In this document: in pieces, positions 51,873 to 62,157 of the stretch | Layout: every line of letters begins with the position of its first letter | Numbering within the stretch: the first letter of the stretch is position 1 | Assembly: GCA_004322265.1 (NCBI GenBank) | Contig: SCSZ01000031.1 | Location: 13,148-77,147 of the forward strand | Source of the DNA: Patescibacteria group bacterium | GTDB taxonomy: Bacteria; Patescibacteriota; Saccharimonadia; Saccharimonadales; Saccharimonadaceae | DNA: 64,000 nt | Direction of reading: 5' to 3' | Made by a program: the position numbers and the translations under genes | Notes under the pieces: generated by a model | What the model saw: the letters and a program-made list of their open reading frames with translations, nothing else | What the model was told of the DNA's origin: nothing | Database searches by the model: none

Positions 51873-52901
51873 ATGGCGATTCAGAGAATCATCGACACAA
51901 GCCTTCACGATGAGGATGCTGACGAAGAGATTATTGAAGTTACATTAAGACCAAAAACTTTTGTAGAACTTATTGGTCAGGATCGACTTAAAAAGAATTT
52001 AAAGCTTGCGATTGATGCCGCCAAAAAACGCGGGGATCCGATGGATCATGTGTTACTCTATGGCCCTCCAGGACTGGGTAAAACGACAACGGCAAATGTT
52101 ATTGCTAATGAAATGGGTACAAATATCCGCGTCACATCAGGCCCTGCAATCGAGCGAGCAGGGGATCTGGCAAGTATTCTGACGAATCTGAGCGACGGTG
52201 ATATATTGTTTATCGACGAAATTCACCGCCTAGGACGAACAGTTGAAGAAGTTCTTTATAGTGCGATGGAAGATTTCAAACTAGATATTATGATAGGTAA
52301 AGGCCCAGCCGCGCGAAGCGTCCGACTTGATCTGCCGAAATTTACAGTCATTGGCGCTACAACACGAACAGGATCGTTATCTGCGCCACTGCGTGATCGT
52401 TTCGGTCTGATGCACCGTCTTGAATTTTACACATCTGATGAGATTGCTCAGATTATTACGCGTGCATCGAAAATCCTGGAGAGCAAAATTGATCCTGAAG
52501 CGGCAAAGATGTTATCGACTCGGGCTAGGCTGACGCCACGTATTGCAAACCGGCTATTAAAACGTGTACGTGATTATGCCGACGTGAACGGAGACGGTAT
52601 TATCGACGTTAAGACAACTACTTCAGCACTCGCACTACTCGAAATTGATGAACTTGGACTTGATCCAGGCGATCGTAACCTGCTCATTAATATTATTGAT
52701 AACTATGGGGGTAGTCCTGTTGGTCTTAATACCATCGCTGCGCTAACTGGCGATGAGGCAACGACCATTGAAGATTTCTACGAACCATACCTGATGCAAA
52801 TTGGTTTTATTGAACGAACACCACGAGGACGACGTGTTACTGCCAAAGGGCACAAACATGTTGGCCGAACAAGTGATGAGAAACAACAGAAATTAATATA
52901 A
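51873..52901 (+). CDS. ruvB: Holliday junction branch migration ATPase RuvB
   Basis: LRPKTF...[12 protein letters not shown] and FIDEIHRL. Confidence 0.95.
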   Translation: MAIQRIIDTSLHDEDADEEIIEVTLRPKTFVELIGQDRLKKNLKLAIDAAKKRGDPMDHVLLYGPPGLGKTTTANVIANEMGTNIRVTSGPAIERAGDLASILTNLSDGDILFIDEIHRLGRTVEEVLYSAMEDFKLDIMIGKGPAARSVRLDLPKFTVIGATTRTGSLSAPLRDRFGLMHRLEFYTSDEIAQIITRASKILESKIDPEAAKMLSTRARLTPRIANRLLKRVRDYADVNGDGIIDVKTTTSALALLEIDELGLDPGDRNLLINIIDNYGGSPVGLNTIAALTGDEATTIEDFYEPYLMQIGFIERTPRGRRVTAKGHKHVGRTSDEKQQKLI

Positions 52902-52921
52902 GATTGCTATAATGAGGCTAT

Positions 52922-53716
52922 ATGAATCCTGAAGAAACTACGACAGATCAAGACGAACAACCAGTCGCCTATGATACTGCGGGCCATCCTCTCTATATGC
53001 ATCCAGCTCAAGTCCAGCCCGAGCCGCAGCCTATATCACAGTCAACAGAACAATCTGTAACGCGTCCAGAAGCTATGGTTGCTAGCCAGGCGGTTCATAT
53101 GGCTCAGCCTGTTGAAGAAGAAAAACCATTTGTTAGTGACGCAACAAAGGTAAAACACGATCGTTCAAAGCAACTTTACCCAACGCTTAATCTAAGTGAA
53201 GGCGAGTATGTTATTGCAGTTGTTAAACGTCATCCGATTGGCTTATTTTTGTCGTTTGGCATCGGACTCATACTTACAACAGTCGTCATCTCGGCACTTT
53301 TCAATTACGATCTTGTTGTTCAGTTCTTTCGTTTAAAGGGTGCAGCCGCTGATATTAACGCGATGGCATTGCCGCTGGTTGCTCTCGTGTTACTAATATG
53401 TTTGATGACGTACATCGCGTACTACATATACACAAACAATCGATTCTATCTGACGAATGAAAGTATTATTGACCAGATGCAAATTAGTCTGTTCGCGCAT
53501 ACCGAGAAATCGATCGACCTTGCAAGCATAGAAGATATCAGTTATACGCAGACGAATATACTTCAGGGCCTGATTAATTATGGATCAATTAAGCTCAGCA
53601 CGATCGGCGATGAAACGACGTATCGATATACGTTTGTGTCTAACCCCAAAGAATGCGTAAGTACGCTCAACAGTGCCGTTGAGGCATTCAAAAACGGCCG
53701 CCCGATTTCTGTTTAA
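52922..53716 (+). CDS. Bacterial PH-domain (YdbT/DUF304-like) membrane protein (264 aa)
   Basis: Acidic N-terminus, LSEGEYVIAVVKRHPIGLF, two TM helices, then a second beta-rich segment. TGCTATAAT 8 nt before the ATG. Confidence 0.5.
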   Translation: MNPEETTTDQDEQPVAYDTAGHPLYMHPAQVQPEPQPISQSTEQSVTRPEAMVASQAVHMAQPVEEEKPFVSDATKVKHDRSKQLYPTLNLSEGEYVIAVVKRHPIGLFLSFGIGLILTTVVISALFNYDLVVQFFRLKGAAADINAMALPLVALVLLICLMTYIAYYIYTNNRFYLTNESIIDQMQISLFAHTEKSIDLASIEDISYTQTNILQGLINYGSIKLSTIGDETTYRYTFVSNPKECVSTLNSAVEAFKNGRPISV

Positions 53717-54112
53717 CTATTTATTTTGACTGTCTTTAACGTAGTCGGCTTCGTTTTGTAGAGTCGTGCGCAACGTATAACTCTTACATTGTTCGTTTGC
53801 ACAATTGAGAGGTTCGTAACGATAGTCGCTCTTTGCTGTACCAATTTTGACACCGTTTGGATCCGTAAATAGCGCAGGGTCAACTGACGGAAGGTTTGCT
53901 TCGCTAATCGTTTGTGGGTAGAAGCCGTTTGCCTTATAAAAAACATTCTCAAGGCTGTAGTACATGGCATTAATTGCAGTTTTGCGCTCGTTATCACGAG
54001 CTGCAACTTCGACATTATTCTTTTGAATAAAGAACATAATACTAGCCCCCGCGAGGATGAGCACGATAACAATAAGTTCGATTACAGTAAAACCCCTGGA
54101 GTGCTTATTCAT
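53717..54112 (-). CDS. Type IV pilin / pseudopilin (131 aa)
   Basis: Prepilin signal MNKHSRG|FTVIELIVIVLILAG with Glu at +5. TATAAT 8 nt before the ATG on the minus strand. Confidence 0.8.
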   Translation of the reverse strand: MNKHSRGFTVIELIVIVLILAGASIMFFIQKNNVEVAARDNERKTAINAMYYSLENVFYKANGFYPQTISEANLPSVDPALFTDPNGVKIGTAKSDYRYEPLNCANEQCKSYTLRTTLQNEADYVKDSQNK

Positions 54113-54230
54113 TGCCTTTTATTATATCAAGTGATACGACAAATCGCTATTCTTCTATCCTATGCTCTTGTTGTAGCAAATTGTTCGCTAGCAAAGTATA
54201 ATAATAGATAGATAAGAGAGAGGGGACAAT

Positions 54231-55271
54231 ATGGCAGTTAAAAAGACAAAAGATCCACTTCAAGAGAAGCCAACTGCATCTGAAGGGAAGCTTAAAGCTC
54301 TGGGATTGGCCCAAGAGCAAATCAACAAGCAATTTGGCGATGGCGCAATTCGTAGACTTGGCGACACGACAACAGTAGATGTCGAATTAGTCAGTAGCGG
54401 TGCATTATCGCTTGATTTAGCACTAGGTGGGGGTTATCCAAAGGGTAGAATCCTAGAGATTTACGGACCTGAAAGTTCAGGAAAAACGACATTAACACTT
54501 CATGCTATTGCTGAAGTTCAAAAACTTGGTGGCACGGCGGCATTCATTGACGCCGAGCACGCACTTGATCCTGCCTACGCACGTCGACTTGGTGTAGATA
54601 CAGACAACCTACTCGTTTCACAGCCAGACAATGGTGAACAAGCTCTAGAGATCGCCGAGACGTTGGTACGATCTAACGCAGTTGACCTTGTGGTTGTCGA
54701 CTCTGTCGCTGCACTTGTTCCGCAGGCAGAGATTGACGGCGACATGGGCGATAGCCACATGGGTCTTCAGGCAAGGCTGATGAGCCAAGCGCTTCGTAAA
54801 CTCACCGGTATTATTAGCAAGAGCCACACAACAGTAATCTTCATTAACCAAATTCGTATGAAGATCGGTGTGATGTTTGGTAACCCAGAGACAACAACCG
54901 GTGGTAACGCGCTCAAGTTCTACGCATCGGTACGCCTTGATATTCGCCGTACTGGCCAGATCAAATCCGGTGAAGATATTATCGGTAACCGAACAAAGGT
55001 AAAGGTCGTCAAGAATAAGATTGCGCCGCCTTTCCGTGTGGCAGAATTCGACATCATGTACAACGAAGGGATTAGTAAGACAGGTGATGTCCTTGATCTA
55101 GCCGTGCTACATAACGTTGTTGATAAATCAGGAGCATGGTTTGCTTATAACGATGCCAAAATTGGTCAAGGTCGCGAAGCAAGTAAGGAATACCTGAAGG
55201 AAAATCCAAAAGTTTTGGCTGAAATTGAAGCCAAAGTACGTGCGAAGGTTGCCGCCGAAGCCGCTGCTTAG
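54231..55271 (+). CDS. recA: Recombinase RecA
   Basis: [19 protein letters not shown], and the L1/L2 loop regions. Confidence 0.97.
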   Translation: MAVKKTKDPLQEKPTASEGKLKALGLAQEQINKQFGDGAIRRLGDTTTVDVELVSSGALSLDLALGGGYPKGRILEIYGPESSGKTTLTLHAIAEVQKLGGTAAFIDAEHALDPAYARRLGVDTDNLLVSQPDNGEQALEIAETLVRSNAVDLVVVDSVAALVPQAEIDGDMGDSHMGLQARLMSQALRKLTGIISKSHTTVIFINQIRMKIGVMFGNPETTTGGNALKFYASVRLDIRRTGQIKSGEDIIGNRTKVKVVKNKIAPPFRVAEFDIMYNEGISKTGDVLDLAVLHNVVDKSGAWFAYNDAKIGQGREASKEYLKENPKVLAEIEAKVRAKVAAEAAA

Positions 55272-55278
55272 TCGAGCT

Positions 55279-55914
55279 ATGAAGATCACGGGGATCGGCA
55301 TTCAAGCACGGGATAAAAACCGTGTTAATGTATCAGTCGATGGTAAGTATCGATTTAGTTTGGACGTATTCCAGCTGAGTGATCTAGGTATACGTGTCGG
55401 CAAAGAATACACTGACGATGAGCTGGTAACGCTGGAGCAAGAGAGTCAATTTGGTAAAGTCTATGCACGCGCGCTCGAGTATTCACTTATGCGTCCACAT
55501 AGTGCGAAGGAAGTCCGTGATTATTTATATCGTAAAACGAGACCGACGCGTACCAAGTCCGGAGAAATGCGTGAGGGCGTTAGTAGCGAGGTAACAAAGC
55601 GGGTCTTTGATCGACTGGTCGAAAAGAATTATGTGAACGATCAGAATTTTGCCCGTTATTGGATAGAGAATCGGTCCCTTGCCAAGGGGGTTAGCAAACG
55701 TAAGCTAACAGCTGAGCTACGCACAAAGGGTGTCGAGCAATCAATTATTGAGGCTTTGCTGATTGATTCTGATCGCAGTGATGATGATGAAATCCAAAAA
55801 GTAATCGCTAAAAAACGTTCGAAATATCCAGATAATCAAAAGTTGATGATGTATTTAGCCAGACAAGGTTTTTCATACGATGACATCAAAAAGGCGTTGG
55901 AGGATTCAGACTAG
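55279..55914 (+). CDS. recX: RecA regulator RecX (211 aa)
   Basis: Immediately downstream of recA. Three-helix repeat pattern (YALRLL-like ALEYSLMRPHSAKEVRDYL). Start placed at ATG 55279. Confidence 0.7.
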   Translation: MKITGIGIQARDKNRVNVSVDGKYRFSLDVFQLSDLGIRVGKEYTDDELVTLEQESQFGKVYARALEYSLMRPHSAKEVRDYLYRKTRPTRTKSGEMREGVSSEVTKRVFDRLVEKNYVNDQNFARYWIENRSLAKGVSKRKLTAELRTKGVEQSIIEALLIDSDRSDDDEIQKVIAKKRSKYPDNQKLMMYLARQGFSYDDIKKALEDSD

Positions 55915-55919
55915 ATCCT

Positions 55920-55940
55920 TTCCAAGGTTGAACCTTGGAA
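55920..55940. repeat. 21-bp palindrome TTCCAAGGTTGAACCTTGGAA (copy 2 of 2)
   Basis: Identical to 3471-3491. Lies between convergent recX and the last gene of the pilus operon. Confidence 0.85.
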
Positions 55941-55942
55941 CG

Positions 55943-56518
55943 TTAAACGTCGCTATTTTCTGCCTGCGGGGATGATGACCTAAAAGGGTTGACGTAGGAT
56001 AGACGCTCGGGTTTAGCAACAGCTTCTAACTTTTTTGCGGTAGTCCGCACAATAATATTATGATCATTAATCTCAACAATCTGCGAACGGTGAACGAGAA
56101 GACTTGTTTCAGTCAGTGCTTTTAATATTCCACGTTTCACATTAAGCTGTTGAATAACGAAGTTGTCTGACTCGACGCTATAATCCTCTACCTTGCCTAG
56201 TTTGTGTTTCGTTTCATCGACGACATTCATACCGAGAAGATTAAAGCCAAGATGGTACAATTTTTCTATCTTGATGACGTCTTCAAGTCCTATAAATTCG
56301 TCGCTGCTGTCAACAATCATTCCTATCGTACTCAGTTCACGAATATCATCTGTGCGAAGTAACGACGGCTGCTCAGTGAGCAGCGGACCTTCAAGAACAT
56401 AGGCCACGATCTTGAGGTTTGTTGGATCAATGAGCGGGATGTTAGCGACAGCTAACTTGGCACCTGTTTGGAGACTTAAAACTGGTGTTTGAATAAGTTG
56501 CGATCCAGCAAGTAACAT
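55943..56518 (-). CDS. PRC-barrel domain protein (191 aa)
   Basis: Two PRC-like segments (LIQTPVLSLQTGAKLAV and LLGMNVVDETKHKLGKVEDYSVE). Last gene of the pil operon strand. Confidence 0.55.
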   Translation of the reverse strand: MLLAGSQLIQTPVLSLQTGAKLAVANIPLIDPTNLKIVAYVLEGPLLTEQPSLLRTDDIRELSTIGMIVDSSDEFIGLEDVIKIEKLYHLGFNLLGMNVVDETKHKLGKVEDYSVESDNFVIQQLNVKRGILKALTETSLLVHRSQIVEINDHNIIVRTTAKKLEAVAKPERLSYVNPFRSSSPQAENSDV

Positions 56519-56564
56519 ATACTATTTAGTATAAGCGTTTTACTGTTCTGTGCCAAACGGTTAA

Positions 56565-56852
56565 CTATTCTGCGAATGGATTGATACGGGTTGACGGTAA
56601 GGTAACCGGCGTGAGCATATCACTACTAGTGTGTAACTGCTTTACTCGATTAATCGTAGTTTGATCGAACGTTGTTGGGTTAGCGGCGGAGGTATAGCCG
56701 GTGGTGTCTGAGGACTGCTGAAGTGTTGCATTGAGCATAAGAACGGCGACTGCAAGTCCTGTCGTCAGGACGACAATAAAGATCGTTAAGTTGTACTTTT
56801 GAAAGCCTTTTACGATTGGGCTAATGAGGCTGGATACGTCTTTATTCTTCAT
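56565..56852 (-). CDS. Small membrane-anchored protein in the pilus operon (95 aa)
   Basis: One TM helix (LTIFIVVLTTGLAVAVLML). Follows the pilO-like gene after a 4-nt gap (56853-56856). Confidence 0.5.
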   Translation of the reverse strand: MKNKDVSSLISPIVKGFQKYNLTIFIVVLTTGLAVAVLMLNATLQQSSDTTGYTSAANPTTFDQTTINRVKQLHTSSDMLTPVTLPSTRINPFAE

Positions 56853-56856
56853 AATA

Positions 56857-57414
56857 TTACCTTGTATACACCGCTATGGTTAATTGATCAATTTTGACCG
56901 ATGAGCTATCTCCACTAATTCGACTGAGACTGATGCCAGTAACCTGCATTTTTGGTAGATTCCCCTCGATTTCTGTAATAAACTTCAACAGATTTGTATA
57001 CGATACCGGACTACCTAAACCGATCGTTACTTGAGTGTTGGGCAACGTAGATGTCGTGGTCGTAGGTGCTCCTACGGGGAAAGAGTAATTTGTGATAGTT
57101 ATTCCTGTTGCCGTCGCGTAGGTACTAAGATCTTGAACGGCCTGTGTTTGATATGACGTTGAAGATGCAAAAAGGCTATTTGTTTTTGTAATAATATCCT
57201 GTTGATTTGACAGCTCATCTTGCAAAGTATGAAGAGACTGTAATCCCGTATTGCTTGCTTTGGAATCAGCGATCGTGTGGCTTACACTGACAGCAAAAGT
57301 ATGTAGCCAATTCTGTGCGAAATAGAAACCAACACCAGCCAGAAGAATAAGGAGAACAATACTTGTTCCAAGTATCCCCCGTAGCGTAACTGCGCTTAGT
57401 CCCTTTTTTTTCAT
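56857..57414 (-). CDS. PilO-like pilus assembly protein (185 aa)
   Basis: Single N-terminal TM plus a coiled-coil/ferredoxin-like ectodomain. 4-nt overlap with pilN. Assigned by position only. Confidence 0.5.
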   Translation of the reverse strand: MKKKGLSAVTLRGILGTSIVLLILLAGVGFYFAQNWLHTFAVSVSHTIADSKASNTGLQSLHTLQDELSNQQDIITKTNSLFASSTSYQTQAVQDLSTYATATGITITNYSFPVGAPTTTTSTLPNTQVTIGLGSPVSYTNLLKFITEIEGNLPKMQVTGISLSRISGDSSSVKIDQLTIAVYTR

Positions 57415-57968
57415 TTCGCAACACCTTTATTTATCACGAGACTGAGGCTGACACTAATGGGATAATCTGATGATCGACTGTTAGCGTTTGAAAGAGACAA
57501 AAAATTGATATTCGAAAACATTGCTGACTTTGCCAAACTATCCTTTAGAGTAAGAGCCTCTTGGGTAGTTTTTGTGTAAAACTGTAGTGTTACTGGCGCA
57601 CCGAATAGAGCTGGGTTTAAATTGATACTATCAAGTATCACGCCAGTCGGCATAGCACCTGCAATATTCGTAATAACTTTTGTATAGAGAGTTTCCTGAT
57701 CAAGTATGGTCTTGGCACTAGATAGGGTCGCACGAAGAGATGCTCCCTGCGCTTCGACAGAGGCGTACGCTGAGCTTTTCGCTTGACTCGCACTGATGAG
57801 GTTTTCGGCATCAGTCTTGGTACCTAAAAGTACGACATAGACACCAGCTGATATGATACCTAGGAATATAACACCAAGCCCCAGAACCAACATGTAGTTT
57901 AGGAGCGTAACGTTGGAACGAGCAGCCCGAAGCTCTTTTTTCGCCTCTTCAGACAGTAGGTTTATCAT
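57411..57968 (-). CDS. pilN: PilN-like pilus assembly protein (185 aa)
   Basis: MINLLSEEAKKEL then a TM helix, the conserved INLLP-type N-terminus. 4-nt overlap with pilM. Confidence 0.65.
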   Translation of the reverse strand: MINLLSEEAKKELRAARSNVTLLNYMLVLGLGVIFLGIISAGVYVVLLGTKTDAENLISASQAKSSAYASVEAQGASLRATLSSAKTILDQETLYTKVITNIAGAMPTGVILDSINLNPALFGAPVTLQFYTKTTQEALTLKDSLAKSAMFSNINFLSLSNANSRSSDYPISVSLSLVINKGVAK

Positions 57969-59020
57969 TTCCAGATGCTCCCTGGTGTAACACTGGCAAG
58001 ACCCGCGACAGTGATATAACGAGAACGAAACTGTTTGGCGGGCTCTGGTAGCTTACCGAAGTCGAGCTTCTGCCATGGGCTTGCAACACGTGCAGGCATA
58101 ACAAGTGCATTGGTGAAGTATTCACCGATGCCGGGTAAGTTGCTGCCGCCACCAACGACCAAGAGCTGTTCTAGCTTACGATCGTCGCTAATTCGTTCAT
58201 TGTAGTAACGAATGACTTTACGAGTCTCAACGATGATACGCTCCAAACTTGGATTAAGCGCAGCTTTGATCTTTTCCTGTCGTGATCCTGCATTGAGCCC
58301 GTTGAGAACTTTTAATTGGTGTGCATTTTCGAGGGTAACGCCTAATTTCTTAGCAATGTCGAGTGTGAACGTATTACCACCGATCGCTAGTCCCCCAGTT
58401 ACGCGGATTGACCCACTATCAAGAACAGCAATATCAGTGCTAGCTGGGCCAATGTCTACAATGACCGTTGGAAGGTGGCCATCCTCTGTGGCGGTGAGCA
58501 GTCGTCCAACGGCATTCATACCAGGCTCGACCAGAATAACTTCAAGTCCAGCGCCCTCAACCGCACTCACACAGTTATCAACAATAACTCTCGATATTGC
58601 GCTCATGAGTACGGTGATATTTTGTTTATCTCTCTCGATAATTTGATAGTCAATATAAAGAGTTGCGGCAGGAATCGGTATATATTGATCAACCTCAATC
58701 TCTACGGCGTCTTTGAGTGTTTTTTCAGCACTGACTGGGAGTAGAAAAGTTCGCGAAAAACTACGAGCAGTTGGCACACCAAGTACGACATGGTTGCTCG
58801 ACAACGAACCAAGCATTTTTTCTTTCATAAGTGCTTTGATATTATCGGCCAAATACGTACTTGTCCCCTCGAGGGCTTCTTTGACCTTGACGGGCTCCAG
58901 GTCAATTGATCCGTAACCAAGAACGAGCCACTTTTTAGTGTCGACGGCCATGACTTTTACACCAGTACTACTGATGTCTATTCCGATAATCGGTTTGTCT
59001 CTATAGAATAATCTTGCCAT
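57965..59020 (-). CDS. pilM: Type IV pilus assembly ATPase-fold protein PilM
   Basis: Actin-like motifs IGIDISSTGVKVMAV and VDIGPASTDIAV. Confidence 0.8.
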   Translation of the reverse strand: MARLFYRDKPIIGIDISSTGVKVMAVDTKKWLVLGYGSIDLEPVKVKEALEGTSTYLADNIKALMKEKMLGSLSSNHVVLGVPTARSFSRTFLLPVSAEKTLKDAVEIEVDQYIPIPAATLYIDYQIIERDKQNITVLMSAISRVIVDNCVSAVEGAGLEVILVEPGMNAVGRLLTATEDGHLPTVIVDIGPASTDIAVLDSGSIRVTGGLAIGGNTFTLDIAKKLGVTLENAHQLKVLNGLNAGSRQEKIKAALNPSLERIIVETRKVIRYYNERISDDRKLEQLLVVGGGSNLPGIGEYFTNALVMPARVASPWQKLDFGKLPEPAKQFRSRYITVAGLASVTPGSIWK

Positions 59021-59079
59021 TAATGCCCACTCTTAATACTTAAGCATTATTATAGCATGAGCGGCATGCTTCCACAGGG

Positions 59080-60303
59080 TTATTTTATTTGTTGAGCTAG
59101 ACCTGCAATAGGTGTCATAACACTGGCTGCAATGAGTCCAACCATACTACCCATAATGACGATCATCACTGGTTCAATGATTGAGCTAAGGCCTTCAATT
59201 GCAACGTCTACCTCTTCTTCGTAAAAGTCAGCAACCTTCACGAGGACAGTATCAGTTTGACCTGTTTCTTCACCGACAGATAGCATTTGAGCAACAATTG
59301 GTGGAAAGAGGGGGTTATCACCAATCACAACTGATAATGGCTTACCGTTTTTGACCTGTACGGCAGCGTCGTTGAGCGCATTTTCGTAAACGGTGTTACC
59401 AACAGAACGTGCAGTTACGTGAAGACACTCGAGCACGGCGACACCAGCTCCCATCAGTGCCGAGAAGGTACGAGCAAAACGGGCCAGCGCAACCTTCTGG
59501 ATGATCGTTTTGATGCCAGGAATGCGAAGCGTTAAATTATCGAACTGAACCTTTCCTTTAGGAGTTCTAAGATAGCGAAGCACTCCATAAGCTACTCCTC
59601 CAAGGAGTGGAAAAATAATAAACCAATAACCGGTTAGTAAGTTACTAATAGCAAGCATAAAAAGGGTAATACCTGGTAATTTTGCATCTGGGCCACCAAG
59701 ATCAGTGATAATTTTACCAATTTGTGGAATGACGAAGAGCATCAAACCAAAGAACGCTAGTATAGTAATAAAGATCAACACTGTTGGGTATGCCATGGCA
59801 CTTTTAATTTTCTTACGAATCGTGGCGTTTTTCTCCTGCTGTGAGGCAAGACGTTTTAGGATTTCATCCAAGATTCCTGCGGCTTCGCCTGCGCGAACCA
59901 TGTTGACGTAGACATCGCTAAATGCCAACGGGTGTTTTGCGAGTGCATCACCAAGCCCCATACCGCCCTCGACGTCTTTGATGACTTCACCCATTATTTT
60001 CTTGAGGGCAGGGCTTTCTGAGTGTTCCGCCAGGGACGTCAGCGAACGAACGATTGGTACGCCTGCGCTAACCATGGCACTAAGCTGTCTCGTCATCATA
60101 ACGAGGTGATCAGGCTTTACCTTATTAGAATTAAACAAATTATCAAGTGAAAATCCACTGAGCGCCTTTGCTTCACGGATACTGATCGGCCTGAGGCCTT
60201 GTTTTGTAAGAGCTGCAATCACGTTTGCACGGTCGAGTTGTTCGGTAACGCCATTGACTGGTTTGTGATCTGCGTCAGTTGCAATGTATGCAAATTTTGG
60301 CAT
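59080..60303 (-). CDS. pilC: Type IV pilus platform protein PilC (T2SS F family)
   Basis: Duplicated T2SSF domains with three TM segments (407 aa). Confidence 0.85.
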   Translation of the reverse strand: MPKFAYIATDADHKPVNGVTEQLDRANVIAALTKQGLRPISIREAKALSGFSLDNLFNSNKVKPDHLVMMTRQLSAMVSAGVPIVRSLTSLAEHSESPALKKIMGEVIKDVEGGMGLGDALAKHPLAFSDVYVNMVRAGEAAGILDEILKRLASQQEKNATIRKKIKSAMAYPTVLIFITILAFFGLMLFVIPQIGKIITDLGGPDAKLPGITLFMLAISNLLTGYWFIIFPLLGGVAYGVLRYLRTPKGKVQFDNLTLRIPGIKTIIQKVALARFARTFSALMGAGVAVLECLHVTARSVGNTVYENALNDAAVQVKNGKPLSVVIGDNPLFPPIVAQMLSVGEETGQTDTVLVKVADFYEEEVDVAIEGLSSIIEPVMIVIMGSMVGLIAASVMTPIAGLAQQIK

Positions 60304-60305
60304 GA

Positions 60306-62093
60306 TTATTCTTTGCTCACTCGAAGAACTTCTTCAATCGTTGTTTGCCCGCGCAGCGCTTTAATTAGCCCATCAGTCTGCATGGTCATCATGCCATCTG
60401 CAACCGCCTGAGTAGCAAGTTGATTACTCGTAGCATGGCTCATGATGAGTTTCTGGATAGGAAGTGTGTTCGCTAGTGTCTCGTAGATACCAATACGGCC
60501 TTTGTATCCGTTGTGAGCATCATTTTCATTATCATCTGGGTTTGCTCGCCACAGCGTGTTAATACCTCGTTCATCCGTACTAAGTGGTGCATCTCCACCG
60601 ATTCCCTCAGCTGCAGCCTGTTTTTCAAGCTCGTGTATGTAGCTGAAATCTTTTCCAGGAGGGATATTGAACATGCGAATGATTGCTTGCTTTTCTTCTT
60701 CGGTTGGAGCGTAGCTCTGTCTTGTGGCTATGTTGAGTTGTCGGACAAGTCGTTGACCTACAACGGCTTTGACAGTACTTGCGATAAGAAACGGCTCAAC
60801 ACCCATATCAAGTAGTCGAGGTAAACAGGTGGCGGCATCATTTGTGTGCAGGGTACTAAATACCAAGTGTCCAGTTAGGGCAGCTTGGACACCAAGGTTC
60901 GCTGTCTCACCATCACGGATCTCCCCGATCATGATAATATTTGGGTCTTGGCGAAGTAGAGCGCGGAGACCGCTGGCAAAGGTCATACCTGCCTTACTAT
61001 TTGTCTGTGTTTGATTAACGCCAAGGATCTTATACTCCACAGGATCTTCAATAGTTGCGATGTTAACATCGGGTGTATTAAGGATTGATAAAATACTAAA
61101 GAGACTCGTCGACTTACCACTTCCTGTAGGTCCAGTAAGCAGTACCATGCCATCTGGCTCTGTTAATGCTAATTTAATAACTTTGAGTGAGACGCCCCAA
61201 TAGCCAAGGGATTCTAGAGTGACAGCCTGATCCGATTCATCCAAGATACGCATGACGATCTTTTCGCCGTCTGCAATTGGCATCGAGCTAACACGAAGGG
61301 CGTACTGTTTGCCGCCAACTTTAATTTTAAAACGACCATCTTGAGGTACGCGTCGTTCGTCAATCTTAAGGTTAGCTAAGATCTTAACGCGACTGACGAG
61401 CGCACCGATGACATTACTCGGCAATCGGTTAACCTCTTTAAGAACACCATCAATACGGTAGCGAATCTGAACGAAACTCTCTCTCGGTTCGATATGAATA
61501 TCACTAGCGTGTGACCTAATTGCATATTCGAGCAAAAGGTTAACAGTCTGAGCGATTGGTGAGTCCTCCGCGACATCCTGTTCAGACACTGCCTGTACCT
61601 GTTCGCCGTTATCGTCTTCACGTTGAACGTCGATAACTTCGTTCAGTTCTTGGTTAACATCACCGCGGTAGTTCTCAAGCGTCGCAAGAATATTGGAGCG
61701 TGATGCGATAAAAATCTGAGTATTTTCACCAATTTCCTTTTGGATAAAGTTAACGGCCTGAACATCATCCGGGTCTTCCATTGCCAGTTGCTGCATGCCA
61801 CCCTCGGCGACATTGAAAAGAACGGCGTTATATTGTCTGGCAACGCGCTCAGGTATGCGGTTTAAGACATCGGATGGGATAGCATGAGGGTCAAGTTCTA
61901 TGTAGGGGATCTGTGCGTAATCGGCGAATGCCTGTGTTAGCGTCTTTTCGTTAAAGATTTCTTTCTCAACGACAAGTTCCTGTAACGGTCGTCTCGAATG
62001 TACCGCCTCGTCTTTCAAGGTGGTAATTTGCTCTGCAGTAGCCACACCACTGCGTGCGAGCAATTTTTCGATGATTGCATCAGAAATACGCAT
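60306..62093 (-). CDS. pilB: Type IV pilus extension ATPase PilB (GspE family)
   Basis: T2SSE N-terminal domain, Walker A GPTGSGKST, Asp box, Walker B IIMIGEIRD, His box. Confidence 0.9.
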   Translation of the reverse strand: MRISDAIIEKLLARSGVATAEQITTLKDEAVHSRRPLQELVVEKEIFNEKTLTQAFADYAQIPYIELDPHAIPSDVLNRIPERVARQYNAVLFNVAEGGMQQLAMEDPDDVQAVNFIQKEIGENTQIFIASRSNILATLENYRGDVNQELNEVIDVQREDDNGEQVQAVSEQDVAEDSPIAQTVNLLLEYAIRSHASDIHIEPRESFVQIRYRIDGVLKEVNRLPSNVIGALVSRVKILANLKIDERRVPQDGRFKIKVGGKQYALRVSSMPIADGEKIVMRILDESDQAVTLESLGYWGVSLKVIKLALTEPDGMVLLTGPTGSGKSTSLFSILSILNTPDVNIATIEDPVEYKILGVNQTQTNSKAGMTFASGLRALLRQDPNIIMIGEIRDGETANLGVQAALTGHLVFSTLHTNDAATCLPRLLDMGVEPFLIASTVKAVVGQRLVRQLNIATRQSYAPTEEEKQAIIRMFNIPPGKDFSYIHELEKQAAAEGIGGDAPLSTDERGINTLWRANPDDNENDAHNGYKGRIGIYETLANTLPIQKLIMSHATSNQLATQAVADGMMTMQTDGLIKALRGQTTIEEVLRVSKE

Positions 62094-62157
62094 ACTGCTT
62101 ACGCTCCATTGTACGACACAAGAGGTGAAAAACGCCAGATGTTATAATGAAGAAACT

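Noticed and set aside
54150-54200. TAGCAAA direct repeats upstream of recA, also seen near 19466, 17501 and 15347, as a possible SOS operator
   Set aside because: On the opposite strand these read TTTGCTA(T/C)A.T. They are the extended -10 regions (TGCTAxAxT) of minus-strand promoters for the tRNA, SGNH hydrolase and cmk-like gene. I found no Cheo-box or CTGT-N8-ACAG LexA site by eye.
62020-62157. Upstream start of tsaE
   Set aside because: It overlaps the pilB N-terminus on the other strand and adds a non-conserved 46 aa. The ATG at 62158 follows a TATAAT.
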